Assembly (NCBI GenBank): GCA_963844845.1
Contig: CAWJPW010000003.1
Location: forward strand, 190,391-254,390
Origin: an uncultured Acidobacteriota bacterium
GTDB taxonomy: Bacteria > Acidobacteriota > Thermoanaerobaculia > Thermoanaerobaculales > Sulfomarinibacteraceae
Direction of reading: 5' to 3'
Length of the DNA stretch: 64,000 nucleotides
In this document: one piece after another, positions 54,134-63,623 of the stretch
Layout: every line of letters starts with the position of its first letter
How positions within the stretch are numbered: position 1 is the stretch's first letter
Position numbers and translations under genes: made by a program
The notes under the pieces: model-generated
Seen by the model: only the letters and a program-made list of their open reading frames with translations
What the model was told of the DNA's origin: nothing
Databases searched by the model: none

Positions 54134-55011
54134 TCCTGCTCGCGCATCCGGCGGATGACCGCCTCTACGGTGTCCTGCGCCCGGTGCTCGTAGAACCGCT
54201 CGAGCACCGTGCGCACCTCGGGATGGCGGGCGGCGATGTCGTCCAGGGCCGCACGGTCCAACTCGATGGCGAGCACGAAGTCGCGGGCGGTGATGGTCGC
54301 CGTGCGGGGGCGGCCGGTGAGCAGCGAAACCTCGCCGAAGAAATCGCCCGGGCCGAGCTCGGCCAGCGGCAGGGGCTCGTCACCCTGCCCGCGGGTCACG
54401 ACGTCAACCTCGCCGGATACTAGGAGGAAGAGGCTCGCCCCGTCCTCCCCCTCGGTGACAATGACATTCCCCGGCTCGTATGAGCGCAGAGCAGTGGACG
54501 CGAGGATCTCTTCGAGGGCGGCCGCGGGGAACTCGGCGAACAGCTCCGAGGCCTGCAGCTCCTTGAGCGCCTGCGCGTCCGGCCGGCGTTCGGTCTGGGG
54601 GTTCCCGTCCTGAGCCGGCTCCGTCACCGTCGTGGCGGCGTGGCCGTTGTGCACAGACAGTCGCTCCTCCAGAGGGCGGTGGGCGCGCTGATCCTCCTCG
54701 ATGAGACGGGCAAGCTCCCCGTGCACGTCCTCGAGCGTGGGGTCGAGACGCAGCACCTTCTTGTACAGTGCGATGGCCTTGGCGTAGAAGCCCTTGCCGG
54801 CGAAGCGCTCGGCCAGCTCGCGGTAGGTGGCGACGGCACGTTCCCGGTTACCCGCGAGCCCGAGAAGCTCCGCCTGCCGGAGGAGAAGGTTGAACTGGGC
54901 AGGGTGATGCTTGAGCTCGGCGGCCACCGCTTCGAGCGCCTTGTCGTACTCGCCTCGCGCCACGTAGTGGTCGAGCTCGCTGATCTTCGGCTTTGAGAAC
55001 GGGAGCTTCAT
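54130..55011 (-). CDS. TPR-repeat plus cyclic-nucleotide-binding (cNMP/CAP effector) domain protein
   Basis: Start ATG at 55011 (ATGA overlap with the upstream gene). The N-terminal TPRs read YDKALEAVAAELKHHP, AVATYRELAERFAGKGFYAKAIALYKKVLRLDP. The C-terminal cNMP-binding fold reads GNVIVTEGEDGASLFLLVSGEVDVV..LGPGDFFGEVSLLTGRPRTATITA. Confidence 0.8.
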   Translation of the reverse strand: MKLPFSKPKISELDHYVARGEYDKALEAVAAELKHHPAQFNLLLRQAELLGLAGNRERAVATYRELAERFAGKGFYAKAIALYKKVLRLDPTLEDVHGELARLIEEDQRAHRPLEERLSVHNGHAATTVTEPAQDGNPQTERRPDAQALKELQASELFAEFPAAALEEILASTALRSYEPGNVIVTEGEDGASLFLLVSGEVDVVTRGQGDEPLPLAELGPGDFFGEVSLLTGRPRTATITARDFVLAIELDRAALDDIAARHPEVRTVLERFYEHRAQDTVEAVIRRMREQE

Positions 55012-56366
55012 GGCAGAGCCTCCTCGAGGCGGGATCGAGTCGCCGTCCATGCCTGGCTGATGCGCTGCCGCATCCCGCCGGCGTCCAACTCGTCGATCAG
55101 GCGGCCGTCGCGTACCAGGAGACGGCCGTCCACCACCACGTGCCGGACGTCGGCGGCGGTGGCGCCGTGCACTAGCCGCGAGGCTGGGTCACCACCGGGA
55201 AGCATCGCCCAGGCGGTGGTTCCCACGATCACGAGGTCGGCGGCCTTGCCGGGTTCGAGAGTGCCGATCTCGGAGGCGAGGTGCAGGGCCTTCGCCCCCT
55301 CGCGGGTGGCCATCGCCAGGACTGTCCAGGGGCTCATGGCTCGTGGGCCGTGCCGCAATGTGTGGATGGTGCCTGCGAGGCTCATCTCGTGGAAGACCGA
55401 GAGGCGGTTGTTACAGGGCGGACCGTCGGCCCCCAGCATCACCGGAACCCCGGCACGCAGCAGTCCAGGCACGTCGGCGATCCCGGAGGCGAGCTTGAGG
55501 TTGGCTCCGGGACAGTGGCAGATGCGCGTACGGGTGGCCGCAAGCAGCTCCACCTCGGCGGGGCTGAGGTGTACGCCGTGGGCCAGTACCACGTCCTCGC
55601 CGGTGAGGCCGACCTGATGAAGGTAGGTGATGTTGTCGTGACCGGTGAGCCGGCGCACCGCGGTGACCTCGGCGCGGTTCTCGGACGCGTGGGAATGCAG
55701 GAGCCAGCCGTGCTGCCGCGCCATGGCGGCGCACCCCTCGAGGAGCGGTCGGCTGCACGACAGCGCGAAGCGCGGTTCCACTGCAGCGCCCAGGCGCCCT
55801 CCGGCGGCCCCGTGCCACCTGAGCCCGAGCGCCTCGGTATCGGCGAGCGCGCGGTCCGCGTCCTCCAGGAGCCTGGGCGGCGTGCCCTCGCCGCTGTCCA
55901 TCAGCGTGCGGCCGGAGATCAACCGGATACCGAGGCGCTCGGCGGTCTCGAACACTCGGTGGTGGTCATGCGTCGTGCCGAAGTCCAGGGCGGTGGTGGT
56001 ACCGCCAGCGAGGAGCTCGGCGATCCCCAGCTCGGCGGCGGCGGCCACGCCGTCGCCATCGAGGGCGGCCTCGTAGGGCAGGGTGCGGCGGTACAGCCAG
56101 TCGAGGAGTTCGAGCCCGTCGGCCTGATGGCGCAGCAGCGACTGCACCACGTGGACGTGACCCTGCACGAAGCCGGGCAGGACCAGTGCGTCATCGGCGT
56201 CGATGGTGGCGGCGGCGTTCACGTCAGACGCCGGGCCGGTGGTCACCGCGGCGATCCTCCCGTCACGGACCAGGACGTCCCCTCGGTACCACACCTCATC
56301 CCGCGTCATCGGGACGACGGTACCGCCACGCACGAGGAGGTCGCATGAGGTTTCCATCCGAGACAT
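55008..56366 (-). CDS. Amidohydrolase-superfamily deaminase (MTA/SAH deaminase / chlorohydrolase-like)
   Basis: LVLPGFVQGHVHVVQSLLR (HxH metal site), HSHASEN, VLAHGVH, and GADG motifs typical of the MtaD/TrzA/guanine-deaminase clade. Confidence 0.8.
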   Translation of the reverse strand: MSRMETSCDLLVRGGTVVPMTRDEVWYRGDVLVRDGRIAAVTTGPASDVNAAATIDADDALVLPGFVQGHVHVVQSLLRHQADGLELLDWLYRRTLPYEAALDGDGVAAAAELGIAELLAGGTTTALDFGTTHDHHRVFETAERLGIRLISGRTLMDSGEGTPPRLLEDADRALADTEALGLRWHGAAGGRLGAAVEPRFALSCSRPLLEGCAAMARQHGWLLHSHASENRAEVTAVRRLTGHDNITYLHQVGLTGEDVVLAHGVHLSPAEVELLAATRTRICHCPGANLKLASGIADVPGLLRAGVPVMLGADGPPCNNRLSVFHEMSLAGTIHTLRHGPRAMSPWTVLAMATREGAKALHLASEIGTLEPGKAADLVIVGTTAWAMLPGGDPASRLVHGATAADVRHVVVDGRLLVRDGRLIDELDAGGMRQRISQAWTATRSRLEEALP

Positions 56367-56416
56367 CGTCCCATTCTGCTGTGGAGCGTGTCAACGCAAG
56401 GGGTTGCGGGTCAGGC

Positions 56417-56989
56417 TCACCAGTCGGTCTCGGCGGCGGGGAAGAGCGGGAGGTTGGGGTCGAGCCGGGGAACGAGGGCGTCGAGGATGAGGTGACCCCA
56501 GCGGTCGCGCATGTCGGGAGCGAGCCGCAGAGGTTCGAGGCCCCGCGCCGTCAGGAGCCCGTCCAGCAGTACCTCGATCTCGTTCTGGAAGCTGGGGTCC
56601 ACCGCGCGCACCCCGTCGAAGCGGGGCCGTTCGCAGACCGGCACGTGGACAAGCAGATCGTAGGTGGGGATCCAACGGTCGAGCAGGACGTCCCAGACCG
56701 GCGAGGATCCCTGGGCATGAACCAGGTAGCAGTAGTTGTCCAGCACCGAGCGGTCGCACAGCACGAGGTCGTGGCGGGCTGCAGCCTCCAGCTCCCAGGC
56801 CATCTGGGTGTGGAGGATCCACTCCTGCGCCTGGGTGGTGGTGGCCTGGTTGATGGGGAGAGGGCAGCGGCGCGCCACCTCGCGCACGATCTCCACGTCG
56901 ACGTCACGGCGTTTGAGCCGTGCCGCAAGCTCGTAGCACAGGGTGGTCTTGCCGACCCCGTGCGTGCCGATGAGGGCGATCTTCATCAC
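56417..56989 (-). CDS. Small P-loop NTPase (AAA_28/NadR-kinase-like ATP-binding protein)
   Basis: MKIALIGTHGVGKTTLCYELAARL Walker A and LVLCDRSVLD Walker-B-like motif; 190 aa. Confidence 0.65.
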   Translation of the reverse strand: MMKIALIGTHGVGKTTLCYELAARLKRRDVDVEIVREVARRCPLPINQATTTQAQEWILHTQMAWELEAAARHDLVLCDRSVLDNYCYLVHAQGSSPVWDVLLDRWIPTYDLLVHVPVCERPRFDGVRAVDPSFQNEIEVLLDGLLTARGLEPLRLAPDMRDRWGHLILDALVPRLDPNLPLFPAAETDW

Positions 56990-57064
56990 GAGATCTTACC
57001 TCGGACCCTGGGCAGGTGATTGGAGGGCGGCTTGGAAGGCGCGGGAGGTGTTGTGGAGTAAGGA

Positions 57065-57228
57065 GTGAAGAGTGAAGAGACGGGGGCGTGGGCGCTCCAG
57101 TCGTGCGGCGCCCCCCGCTCGACTTCGCCCCCGAAGGGTAGGCGACGGTGAAGACGCGGCGTGCCGTGATGCTCGCCAGTCGCGGGGGAGGGCGGGGAAC
57201 CCTTTACCCTCTACTCTTCACTCTTCAC
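57065..57228. repeat. Intergenic element X2: perfect 15-bp inverted repeat of a tandem GTGAAGA heptamer flanking a 134-bp GC-rich core
   Basis: gtgaagagtgaagag at 57065-57079 and ctcttcactcttcac at 57214-57228. The core contains the hairpins gggggcg..cgccccc and cttcgcccccgaag. Confidence 0.8.
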
Positions 57229-57235
57229 CAACGTA

Positions 57236-57949
57236 CTACCGGCCGGTGGGCTCGCCGCTGGGCTTGAGCGAGGACGGCAACGCCGCAGCCCCCTCCAGCA
57301 ACGCCGCATGGATCTCCTGGGCATCCTCGGCCTCCAGCAGGCGCGCGAGCCGGCCGGGGTTGCGTACGATCCAGGCCATGCGCGACAGCCAGCGCAGGTG
57401 GAGTGCGTCGTTGCGGAGCACGAGGAGGAAGAAGAGCTGGGTTTTGCCCATATCGGGCGATCCGAAGACCACCCCCTCGCGCGAGCGTCCCAGGGCGATG
57501 AACTGCTTGGGGAACTTGTCGGGCGAGCGGCGACGCGCGTGCAGGAAGGCGACGCCCTCGGGCACGGCGGTGGGCACCAGGCGCTCGCGCGCGGCGAGGG
57601 CGGCCTCGAGCCACGCGGCATCCTTGACCAGCCCGAGCGACGTGACCTGCTCGACCATCGAATGAATCACCTCGCTGCGGTCGCGTGCAGAGAGGTTCGG
57701 GATGACCTGGTCGGGGGTGAAGATCTCCTCGAGGGGGAGGTCCACGCTCTGGTTCGGAGTGACGCCCGAGGAGGCCACCGACTCGGCGGCGAGGGTGTCG
57801 AGATACTCGTCCAGGAGCGCGCGCCGGAACCGCCACTGGCCTCCGATCTTGACGCCGGGTATCTTGCCCTCGTGGGCGAGACGAACCAGGGTCCTTTCGG
57901 CAAGCTTGAGATACTCTGCGGCCTCTTTGGCGGTCATGTACGCTTCCAT
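57236..57949 (-). CDS. Excisionase/MerR-type HTH fused to a PTS EIIA type-2 (PtsN-like) domain
   Basis: Start ATG at 57949 after GGAGG. The HTH reads MTAKEAAEYLKLAERTLVRLAHEGKIPGVKIGGQWRF. The EIIA-2 fold has the candidate phospho-His context in PEGVAFLHARR. Confidence 0.78.
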   Translation of the reverse strand: MEAYMTAKEAAEYLKLAERTLVRLAHEGKIPGVKIGGQWRFRRALLDEYLDTLAAESVASSGVTPNQSVDLPLEEIFTPDQVIPNLSARDRSEVIHSMVEQVTSLGLVKDAAWLEAALAARERLVPTAVPEGVAFLHARRRSPDKFPKQFIALGRSREGVVFGSPDMGKTQLFFLLVLRNDALHLRWLSRMAWIVRNPGRLARLLEAEDAQEIHAALLEGAAALPSSLKPSGEPTGR

Positions 57950-58109
57950 CCACGAACCTCCGGATTCCAGGCCGAGTGCGGCCTTGAATGGCTGAGTACC
58001 CCTTTTTGACGGTGATGTCAAGGGAAGCTGGGTGGGCTTGCGCCGGGCTTGCGCTGTATGCTATCTACGTGAGCGCTTAGAGAGTGCCGAACTCGAGGAG
58101 GAAAATGCT

Positions 58110-58352
58110 ATGGATGTGGAAGCCAAGGTGAAGGAGATTATTGTCCAGCAGCTCGGCGTGGACGCCGAGAAGGTGACGCTCGACGCGTCGTTCGTCGACG
58201 ACCTCGGCGCCGACTCGCTGGATACGGTGGAGCTGGTGATGGCCTTCGAAGAGGAGTTCGGGGTGGAGATCCCCGACGAGGCGGCGGAGAAGATCGCCAC
58301 CGTGCGCAACGCCGTCGACTACCTCAAGGAGCACGCGGAGGGCGCCAGTTGA
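58110..58352 (+). CDS. acpP: Acyl carrier protein
   Basis: 80 aa from ATG 58110; [20 protein letters not shown] phosphopantetheine attachment motif (DSL). Confidence 0.95.
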   Translation: MDVEAKVKEIIVQQLGVDAEKVTLDASFVDDLGADSLDTVELVMAFEEEFGVEIPDEAAEKIATVRNAVDYLKEHAEGAS

Positions 58353-59587
58353 GCCGACGGGTGGTGGTGACCGGGCTCGGCCTGGTGTCGCCCCTCGGGA
58401 ACGACACCAGGAGCACCTGGGACGGGCTGCTGGCTGGCCGAAGCGGGGTCGGTCCCATCACCCATTTCGACGCCACTGACTGGTCCGCCCGCATCGCCGC
58501 CGAGGTGAAGGGGTTTGACGTCGAGCAGCTGATGCCCGCCAAGGAGGCGCGCAAGTTCGACGTCTTCGTTCACTACGCGGTGGCGGCCTCGGATCAGGCG
58601 GTGGCGTCGTCGGGGCTCGAGATCACCGATGAGAACGCCCACCGGGTGGGGGTCGTCATCGGCTCCGGGATCGGCGGCCTGCCGCTCATTGAAGACACCC
58701 ACTCGGTCCTGATTGAGAAGGGCCCACGCCGGGTCTCGCCCTTCTTCATCCCGGGCGCCATCATCAACATGTCGGCAGGGGTGGTGAGCATTCGCACCGG
58801 CGCCAAGGGTCCCAACATGGCGACCTGCACTGCCTGCTCGACCTCAGCCCACGCCATTGGCGACGCCCTGCTGTACATTCGCCACGGCTACGCCGACGCG
58901 ATTATCGCCGGCGGCGCCGAAGCGGTGATCAGCCCCATGACGCTGGCGGGCTTCGCGTCCATGCGCGCCCTCTCCACCCGCAACGACGAGCCCGAGCGGG
59001 CGTCGCGCCCCTGGGACAAGGACCGGGACGGCTTCGTCATCGGTGAGGGAGCCGGCGTCGTAATGCTGGAGGAGCTCGAGCATGCGCTCCGGCGGGGCGC
59101 GCCGATTCTCGCGGAGGTACTGGGCTTTGGCATGTCGGGCGACGCCCACCACATCTCGGCTCCGGCCGAGGACGGCGATGGCGCGGTTCGCGTGATCCTC
59201 GCCGCCCTCGCCGACGCCGGCCTCAACCCCGGCGAGATCGACTATGTCAATGCCCACGGCACCTCCACGCCGCACGGGGACCGGGTGGAGACCATCGCCC
59301 TCAAGCGGGCGTTCGGCGAGCACGCCCACCGCCTCGCGGTGTCGTCCACCAAGTCGATGACCGGCCACCTGCTGGGTGCGGCCGGCGGCCTGGAGTTCGG
59401 CGTCACGGTGATGGCGGCCAAACATGGGGTGGTGCCGCCCACAATCAACCTGGACGAGCCCGACCCCGAGAACGACCTAGATTATGTGCCGCACACCGCT
59501 CGGGAGATGCCCGTGCGCCGGGCGGTGACCAACTCGTTCGGGTTCGGTGGGACCAACGCGTGCCTGGTGGTGGGCCGGTTCGAGTGA
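58349..59587 (+). CDS. fabF: Beta-ketoacyl-ACP synthase II
   Basis: RRVVVTGLG.., active-site Cys context [23 protein letters not shown] and SFGFGGTN motifs; 4-nt overlap with acpP. Confidence 0.95.
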   Translation: MSRRVVVTGLGLVSPLGNDTRSTWDGLLAGRSGVGPITHFDATDWSARIAAEVKGFDVEQLMPAKEARKFDVFVHYAVAASDQAVASSGLEITDENAHRVGVVIGSGIGGLPLIEDTHSVLIEKGPRRVSPFFIPGAIINMSAGVVSIRTGAKGPNMATCTACSTSAHAIGDALLYIRHGYADAIIAGGAEAVISPMTLAGFASMRALSTRNDEPERASRPWDKDRDGFVIGEGAGVVMLEELEHALRRGAPILAEVLGFGMSGDAHHISAPAEDGDGAVRVILAALADAGLNPGEIDYVNAHGTSTPHGDRVETIALKRAFGEHAHRLAVSSTKSMTGHLLGAAGGLEFGVTVMAAKHGVVPPTINLDEPDPENDLDYVPHTAREMPVRRAVTNSFGFGGTNACLVVGRFE

Positions 59588-59816
59588 CCAGCGCCCGTCG
59601 GCGGTTGGCGGCATCCGAGAGTAGGAGAGGAGCACGACGCTGACCGCCAGCCCGCACTACTCACCGGGATTCGTGATGAGGGCGGCGAGGTGGCACGCGC
59701 ACCGGCGAGCCCGATCCGAGGCGTGCAGCGACGAGGGTGCACGTGTGCCGAGCACAGCAGCGCGCGAAGGCACCCCCGGGGGCGGCACGGCGCAGGCCGC
59801 AGTAGAAGTCCGGTGA

Positions 59817-61655
59817 ATGGTAGAAACTGAGCCTCGTCCGTCCACGCTGCACGGCTGGGCCGCACGGATGGCCCGGGTTGCAGGCCGCTTCGAGCTCTAC
59901 GACTTCGGACGCTGGCTCGTGATGGCGTCGCTCATCGGCGTGGTGGCCGGGCTCGGGGCCGCCTTCCTCACCTGGGGGATCAACGGCATCGCGTGGCTTC
60001 TCCACCACGAAGCGGTAGGGTTCGTGGCGCCGGGCCACGGCTCCCTCGAGGCGCCGGTGTGGACGCCTCCCCAGAGACCGTGGCTGCTGCTGCTCATCCT
60101 CCCCGCTGCCGGGCTGGTGGTGGGATGGCTGGTGCAGACCTTTGCCCCCGAGGCCGAGGGACACGGCACCGACGCGGTGATCCGAGCCTTCCATCGCGAG
60201 AGCTCCCGGATCCGCAAGCGGGTGGTTCCGGTGAAGTTGCTGGCCTCGATGCTCACCATCGGGTCGGGCGGTTCGGCGGGCCGCGAGGGGCCCGTGGCCC
60301 AGGTGGGCGCCGGCTTCGGCAGCTACCTTTCGGAGCTCCTTCACCTGCCGCTGCAGGACCGCCGCATCATGGTGGTGGCGGGGGTGGCCGCCGGTATCGG
60401 CGGCATGTTCCGTGCCCCCCTGGGTGGCGCGCTCTTCGCCATCGAGGTGCTCTACTCAGAGAACGAGTACGAGTCGGAGGCCCTCATCCCCTCCATCATC
60501 GCCTCGATCATCGCGTACGTGGTGAACGCGTCACTCACCGGCTGGGGGGTCATCTTCCGCAGCGCACCGGTGAGCTTCAGCCACCCCCTCGAGCTGCTCT
60601 CCTACCTGGTGTTGGGGATGATCCTGGCGGTGGTCGGGTTGCTGTACGTGAAGGTCTTCTACGGCACCCGCGACCGCTTCAAGGCGCTGCCGGTGCCCGA
60701 GTGGACGAAGCCCGCCATTGGCGCCTTCCTGGTGGGCCTCATCGCGCTGGCCCTGCCCCAGGTGCTGGGCGGCGGCTATGGTTGGATCCAGCTCACTCTG
60801 GACGCACAGCTGCCGCTCAAGCTCCTTCTCCTCCTCCTGCCGGCGAAGATCCTCGCCACCGCCTTCACCATCGCCTCAGGGGGCTCGGGTGGCGTGTTCG
60901 CGCCCTCGCTCATCATCGGTGGCATCACCGGTGCGGTGTTCGCCGAGCTTGTGGCCAGGGTGGCTCCGATAGCGGCACCGAACCCCACCGCCTGCGTCCT
61001 GGTGGGCATGGGGGCGTTCTTCGCCGGCGTCGCCAAGGTGCCCATCGCCTCGCTCATTCTGGTCGCCGAGATGAGCGGTTCGTACCGGCTCCTGGTGCCC
61101 ATGATGCTGGCCGGCTCGGTGGCGTTCCTGCTCACCCGCGGAGTGAGCATCTACGAGCAGCAGGTCCCTGGGCGTATCGACTCGCCCACCCACCTGGGCG
61201 AGTTCCAGGTGGATGTGCTCGAGCAGCTCCAGGTGCGGCAGGTCCTCAAACCCGCCTCTGAGGTCGTCACCCTCGCCCCCGGGACTCCTTTCCACACCGT
61301 GCTCGAGATCGTCGCCGCCTCCGAGCAGGATTATTTCCCGGTGGTCAACGGCGAGGACAACCTGGTGGGGATGTTCTCGGTCTCGGACGTGCGCCGGGTG
61401 ATGGCCTCCCCCGAGGTGTGGTCGGTGCTGGTGGCGGGCGACCTGGGGGCCGACGCCTCTGCCGTCGTCTACGTGCACCCCGACGACGACCTCCACACCG
61501 CGCTGCGTCGCTTCACGGGATTCGAGGTAAGCGTGCTGCCGGTGTTGGAGGGCCCACCGCCGGCACCGTTGGTGGGGATGGTGAGCCACCACCGCGTCAT
61601 GGAGAAGTACGTCGAGGCCATGCGACGCCTGCAGCGCGACTCAGCGACGGCATGA
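59817..61655 (+). CDS. ClC-family voltage-gated chloride channel/antiporter with C-terminal CBS pair
   Basis: Selectivity motifs GSGGSAGREGP, GGMFRAPLGG and GGSGGVFAPS. C-terminal CBS-like segments (FPVVNGEDNLVGMFSVSDV.., LPVLEG..LVGMVSHHRV). Alternative in-frame start at 59868. Confidence 0.9.
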   Translation: MVETEPRPSTLHGWAARMARVAGRFELYDFGRWLVMASLIGVVAGLGAAFLTWGINGIAWLLHHEAVGFVAPGHGSLEAPVWTPPQRPWLLLLILPAAGLVVGWLVQTFAPEAEGHGTDAVIRAFHRESSRIRKRVVPVKLLASMLTIGSGGSAGREGPVAQVGAGFGSYLSELLHLPLQDRRIMVVAGVAAGIGGMFRAPLGGALFAIEVLYSENEYESEALIPSIIASIIAYVVNASLTGWGVIFRSAPVSFSHPLELLSYLVLGMILAVVGLLYVKVFYGTRDRFKALPVPEWTKPAIGAFLVGLIALALPQVLGGGYGWIQLTLDAQLPLKLLLLLLPAKILATAFTIASGGSGGVFAPSLIIGGITGAVFAELVARVAPIAAPNPTACVLVGMGAFFAGVAKVPIASLILVAEMSGSYRLLVPMMLAGSVAFLLTRGVSIYEQQVPGRIDSPTHLGEFQVDVLEQLQVRQVLKPASEVVTLAPGTPFHTVLEIVAASEQDYFPVVNGEDNLVGMFSVSDVRRVMASPEVWSVLVAGDLGADASAVVYVHPDDDLHTALRRFTGFEVSVLPVLEGPPPAPLVGMVSHHRVMEKYVEAMRRLQRDSATA

Positions 61656-61758
61656 TCCACTGGTGAATGGCCATTCAGTCTGGTACACTCGGGTTGACTG
61701 AATGACGGTTCAGTCACTTTTTGGCGAGTCTTTCAACTTCCACTCGAGGGGAGGCCCA

Positions 61759-62550
61759 ATGAAGTGCATCGTATGTATGACCCACGTGCCCGACACGGCG
61801 TCGGTCATCAAGGTGGGGCCGGACGGTAAGCACATCGACGAGACCGGCATCAAGTGGATCGTGTCGCCGTACGACGAATACGCCCTGGAGGAAGCTCTCA
61901 AGATCACCGAGGCGCAGGGCGGCGAGGTGACGGTGATCAGCTACGGTCCGGCGCGGGCTGAGCAGGGCCTGCGCGAGTGCCTGGCGCGAGGCGCAGGTGC
62001 GGCCGTCCACGTGGTGGGTGGCGAGGGCACGCTCGGCGACGCCTTTAGCATCGCCAAGGTCCTCGCGGCCGCCATCAAGGGGCGCGAGTTCGACCTTGTG
62101 CTGTGCGGCGTCGAGGGTGTCGGCACCGACAACGCCATGGTGGGACCCATGCTCGCGGAGCTCCTCGATCTGCCGCACGTCTCGGGGATCATCAAGCTCG
62201 AGCTGGGCGACGGCTCGCTCACCGCCGAGCGCGAGATTGAAGGCGGCCACGAGGTCTACACCGCGCCGCTGCCAGCGCTGCTGACGGCGCAAAAGGGCCT
62301 CAACGAGCCGCGCTACTCCTCGCTCAAGGGGATCATGGCGGCCAAGCGCAAGCCGGTGGAGAGCACGACGCCCGGCGACCTCGGCCTCGACGAGGCCCAG
62401 CTCGCGGGTGCCGAGGCGTGCTACCAGGTGCGCAGCCTCGAGCTGCCGCCGCCCAAGGAGGCGGGAACCATCATCAACGGGGAGGACGATCCCAAGGCGG
62501 CGGCTAGCCAGCTGGTCAAGCTCCTCCACGAAGAGGCCAAGGCGGTATAG
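61759..62550 (+). CDS. etfB: Electron transfer flavoprotein beta subunit
   Basis: Start ATG 61759 after GAGGGGAGG. MKCIVCMTHVPDTA..VSPYDEYALEEALKI..DLVLCGVEGVGTDNAMVGPMLAELLDLP. Confidence 0.93.
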   Translation: MKCIVCMTHVPDTASVIKVGPDGKHIDETGIKWIVSPYDEYALEEALKITEAQGGEVTVISYGPARAEQGLRECLARGAGAAVHVVGGEGTLGDAFSIAKVLAAAIKGREFDLVLCGVEGVGTDNAMVGPMLAELLDLPHVSGIIKLELGDGSLTAEREIEGGHEVYTAPLPALLTAQKGLNEPRYSSLKGIMAAKRKPVESTTPGDLGLDEAQLAGAEACYQVRSLELPPPKEAGTIINGEDDPKAAASQLVKLLHEEAKAV

Positions 62551-62559
62551 GAGGGCGGC

Positions 62560-63531
62560 ATGGCGGGAATCCTCGTTTTCATCGAGCAGCGCGACGGCAC
62601 CATCCGCAAAGGCTCCCTCGAGGCGCTCAGCGAAGCGCGACGGCACGCCGGCACGGCTGATTGGCCGGTGGCGGCGGTCCTGGTGGGCCACGGCATCGCC
62701 GACCAGGCGGCCGGGCTCGGCAGCTACGGCGCCCAGGCGGTCTACGTCGCCGACGACCCAAACCTCAAGCTTTACTCCGCCGAGGGCTACGCCGAGGCGG
62801 TGGTGGCGGCGGCCAGGGACTTCGACCCCGATGCGGTCTTTTTCTCGGCCACCGCCATGGGCGCCGACCTGATGCCGCGGGCGGCGGCGCGGCTCGGCAT
62901 CGGCGGCCTCGCCGATGTCACCGAACTGAAGCTCGACGGTGGCGCCTTCGTGGTCACTCGTCCGGTGTACTCCGCCAAGGCCTTCGCCACGGTGGACGCC
63001 GCCGGCAAGAAACCCCAGGTCGTCAGCCTGCGGCCGAACGTGTTCGGCGCCGAGGAGGTGGGGGGCACCGCCGAGGTCAAGAAGCTCGACGGGCTCTCGC
63101 TCTCCATCCGCGGGATGGTCAAGGAGCTGGCGGCCTCCGAGGGCGGCGAGCTGGACGTGGCCGAGGCCGACGTCATCATCTCCGGTGGGCGCGGCATCAA
63201 GGGCCCGGAGAACTGGGACTTGATCCGCGAGCTGGCCGGGCTGCTCGGCGCCGCGGTCGGCGCCTCCCGCGCGGTGGTGGACGCCGGCTGGATCGAGCAC
63301 TCGCACCAGGTCGGCCAGACCGGCAAGGTGGTGAGCCCCTCGCTGTACGTGGCTGTGGGGATCTCGGGCGCCATCCAGCACCTCGCTGGGATGAGTTCTT
63401 CCAAGATCATCGTCGCCGTCAACAAGGACCCCGACGCACCGATCTTCAAGGTGGCGGACTATGGGGTGGTGGGCGACCTCTTCCAGGTTCTCCCGCCCAT
63501 GATCGAGGAGATCAAGAAGCTCAAGGCGTGA
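62560..63531 (+). CDS. etfA: Electron transfer flavoprotein alpha subunit
   Basis: ILVFIEQRDG.. N-terminus and C-terminal FAD-binding signature ISGGRGIKGPENW..VGASRAVVDAGW..QVGQTGKVVSPSLYVAVGISGAIQHLAGM. Confidence 0.93.
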   Translation: MAGILVFIEQRDGTIRKGSLEALSEARRHAGTADWPVAAVLVGHGIADQAAGLGSYGAQAVYVADDPNLKLYSAEGYAEAVVAAARDFDPDAVFFSATAMGADLMPRAAARLGIGGLADVTELKLDGGAFVVTRPVYSAKAFATVDAAGKKPQVVSLRPNVFGAEEVGGTAEVKKLDGLSLSIRGMVKELAASEGGELDVAEADVIISGGRGIKGPENWDLIRELAGLLGAAVGASRAVVDAGWIEHSHQVGQTGKVVSPSLYVAVGISGAIQHLAGMSSSKIIVAVNKDPDAPIFKVADYGVVGDLFQVLPPMIEEIKKLKA

Positions 63532-63557
63532 CGCCCCAGCGCGCACCGAGTAGAACC

Positions 63558-63591
63558 GAGCGCCCCGGGCAACCGGGGCGCTCTTCTTTGG
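63558..63591 (+). terminator. Rho-independent terminator after etfA
   Basis: Stem gagcgccccgg / ccggggcgctc with loop gcaa, followed by ttctttgg, 27 nt after the stop codon. Confidence 0.75.
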
Positions 63592-63623
63592 ATTCTGCGG
63601 GTGGTGCACGGCCGCCGGGGCAC

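Noticed and set aside
59588-59816. Fluoride (crcB-motif) riboswitch upstream of the ClC gene.
   Set aside because: I could not find the conserved crcB-motif core as I remember it on either strand. The channel also carries C-terminal CBS domains, which is typical of chloride-type rather than fluoride-type ClC proteins. A covariance-model scan would be needed to be certain.
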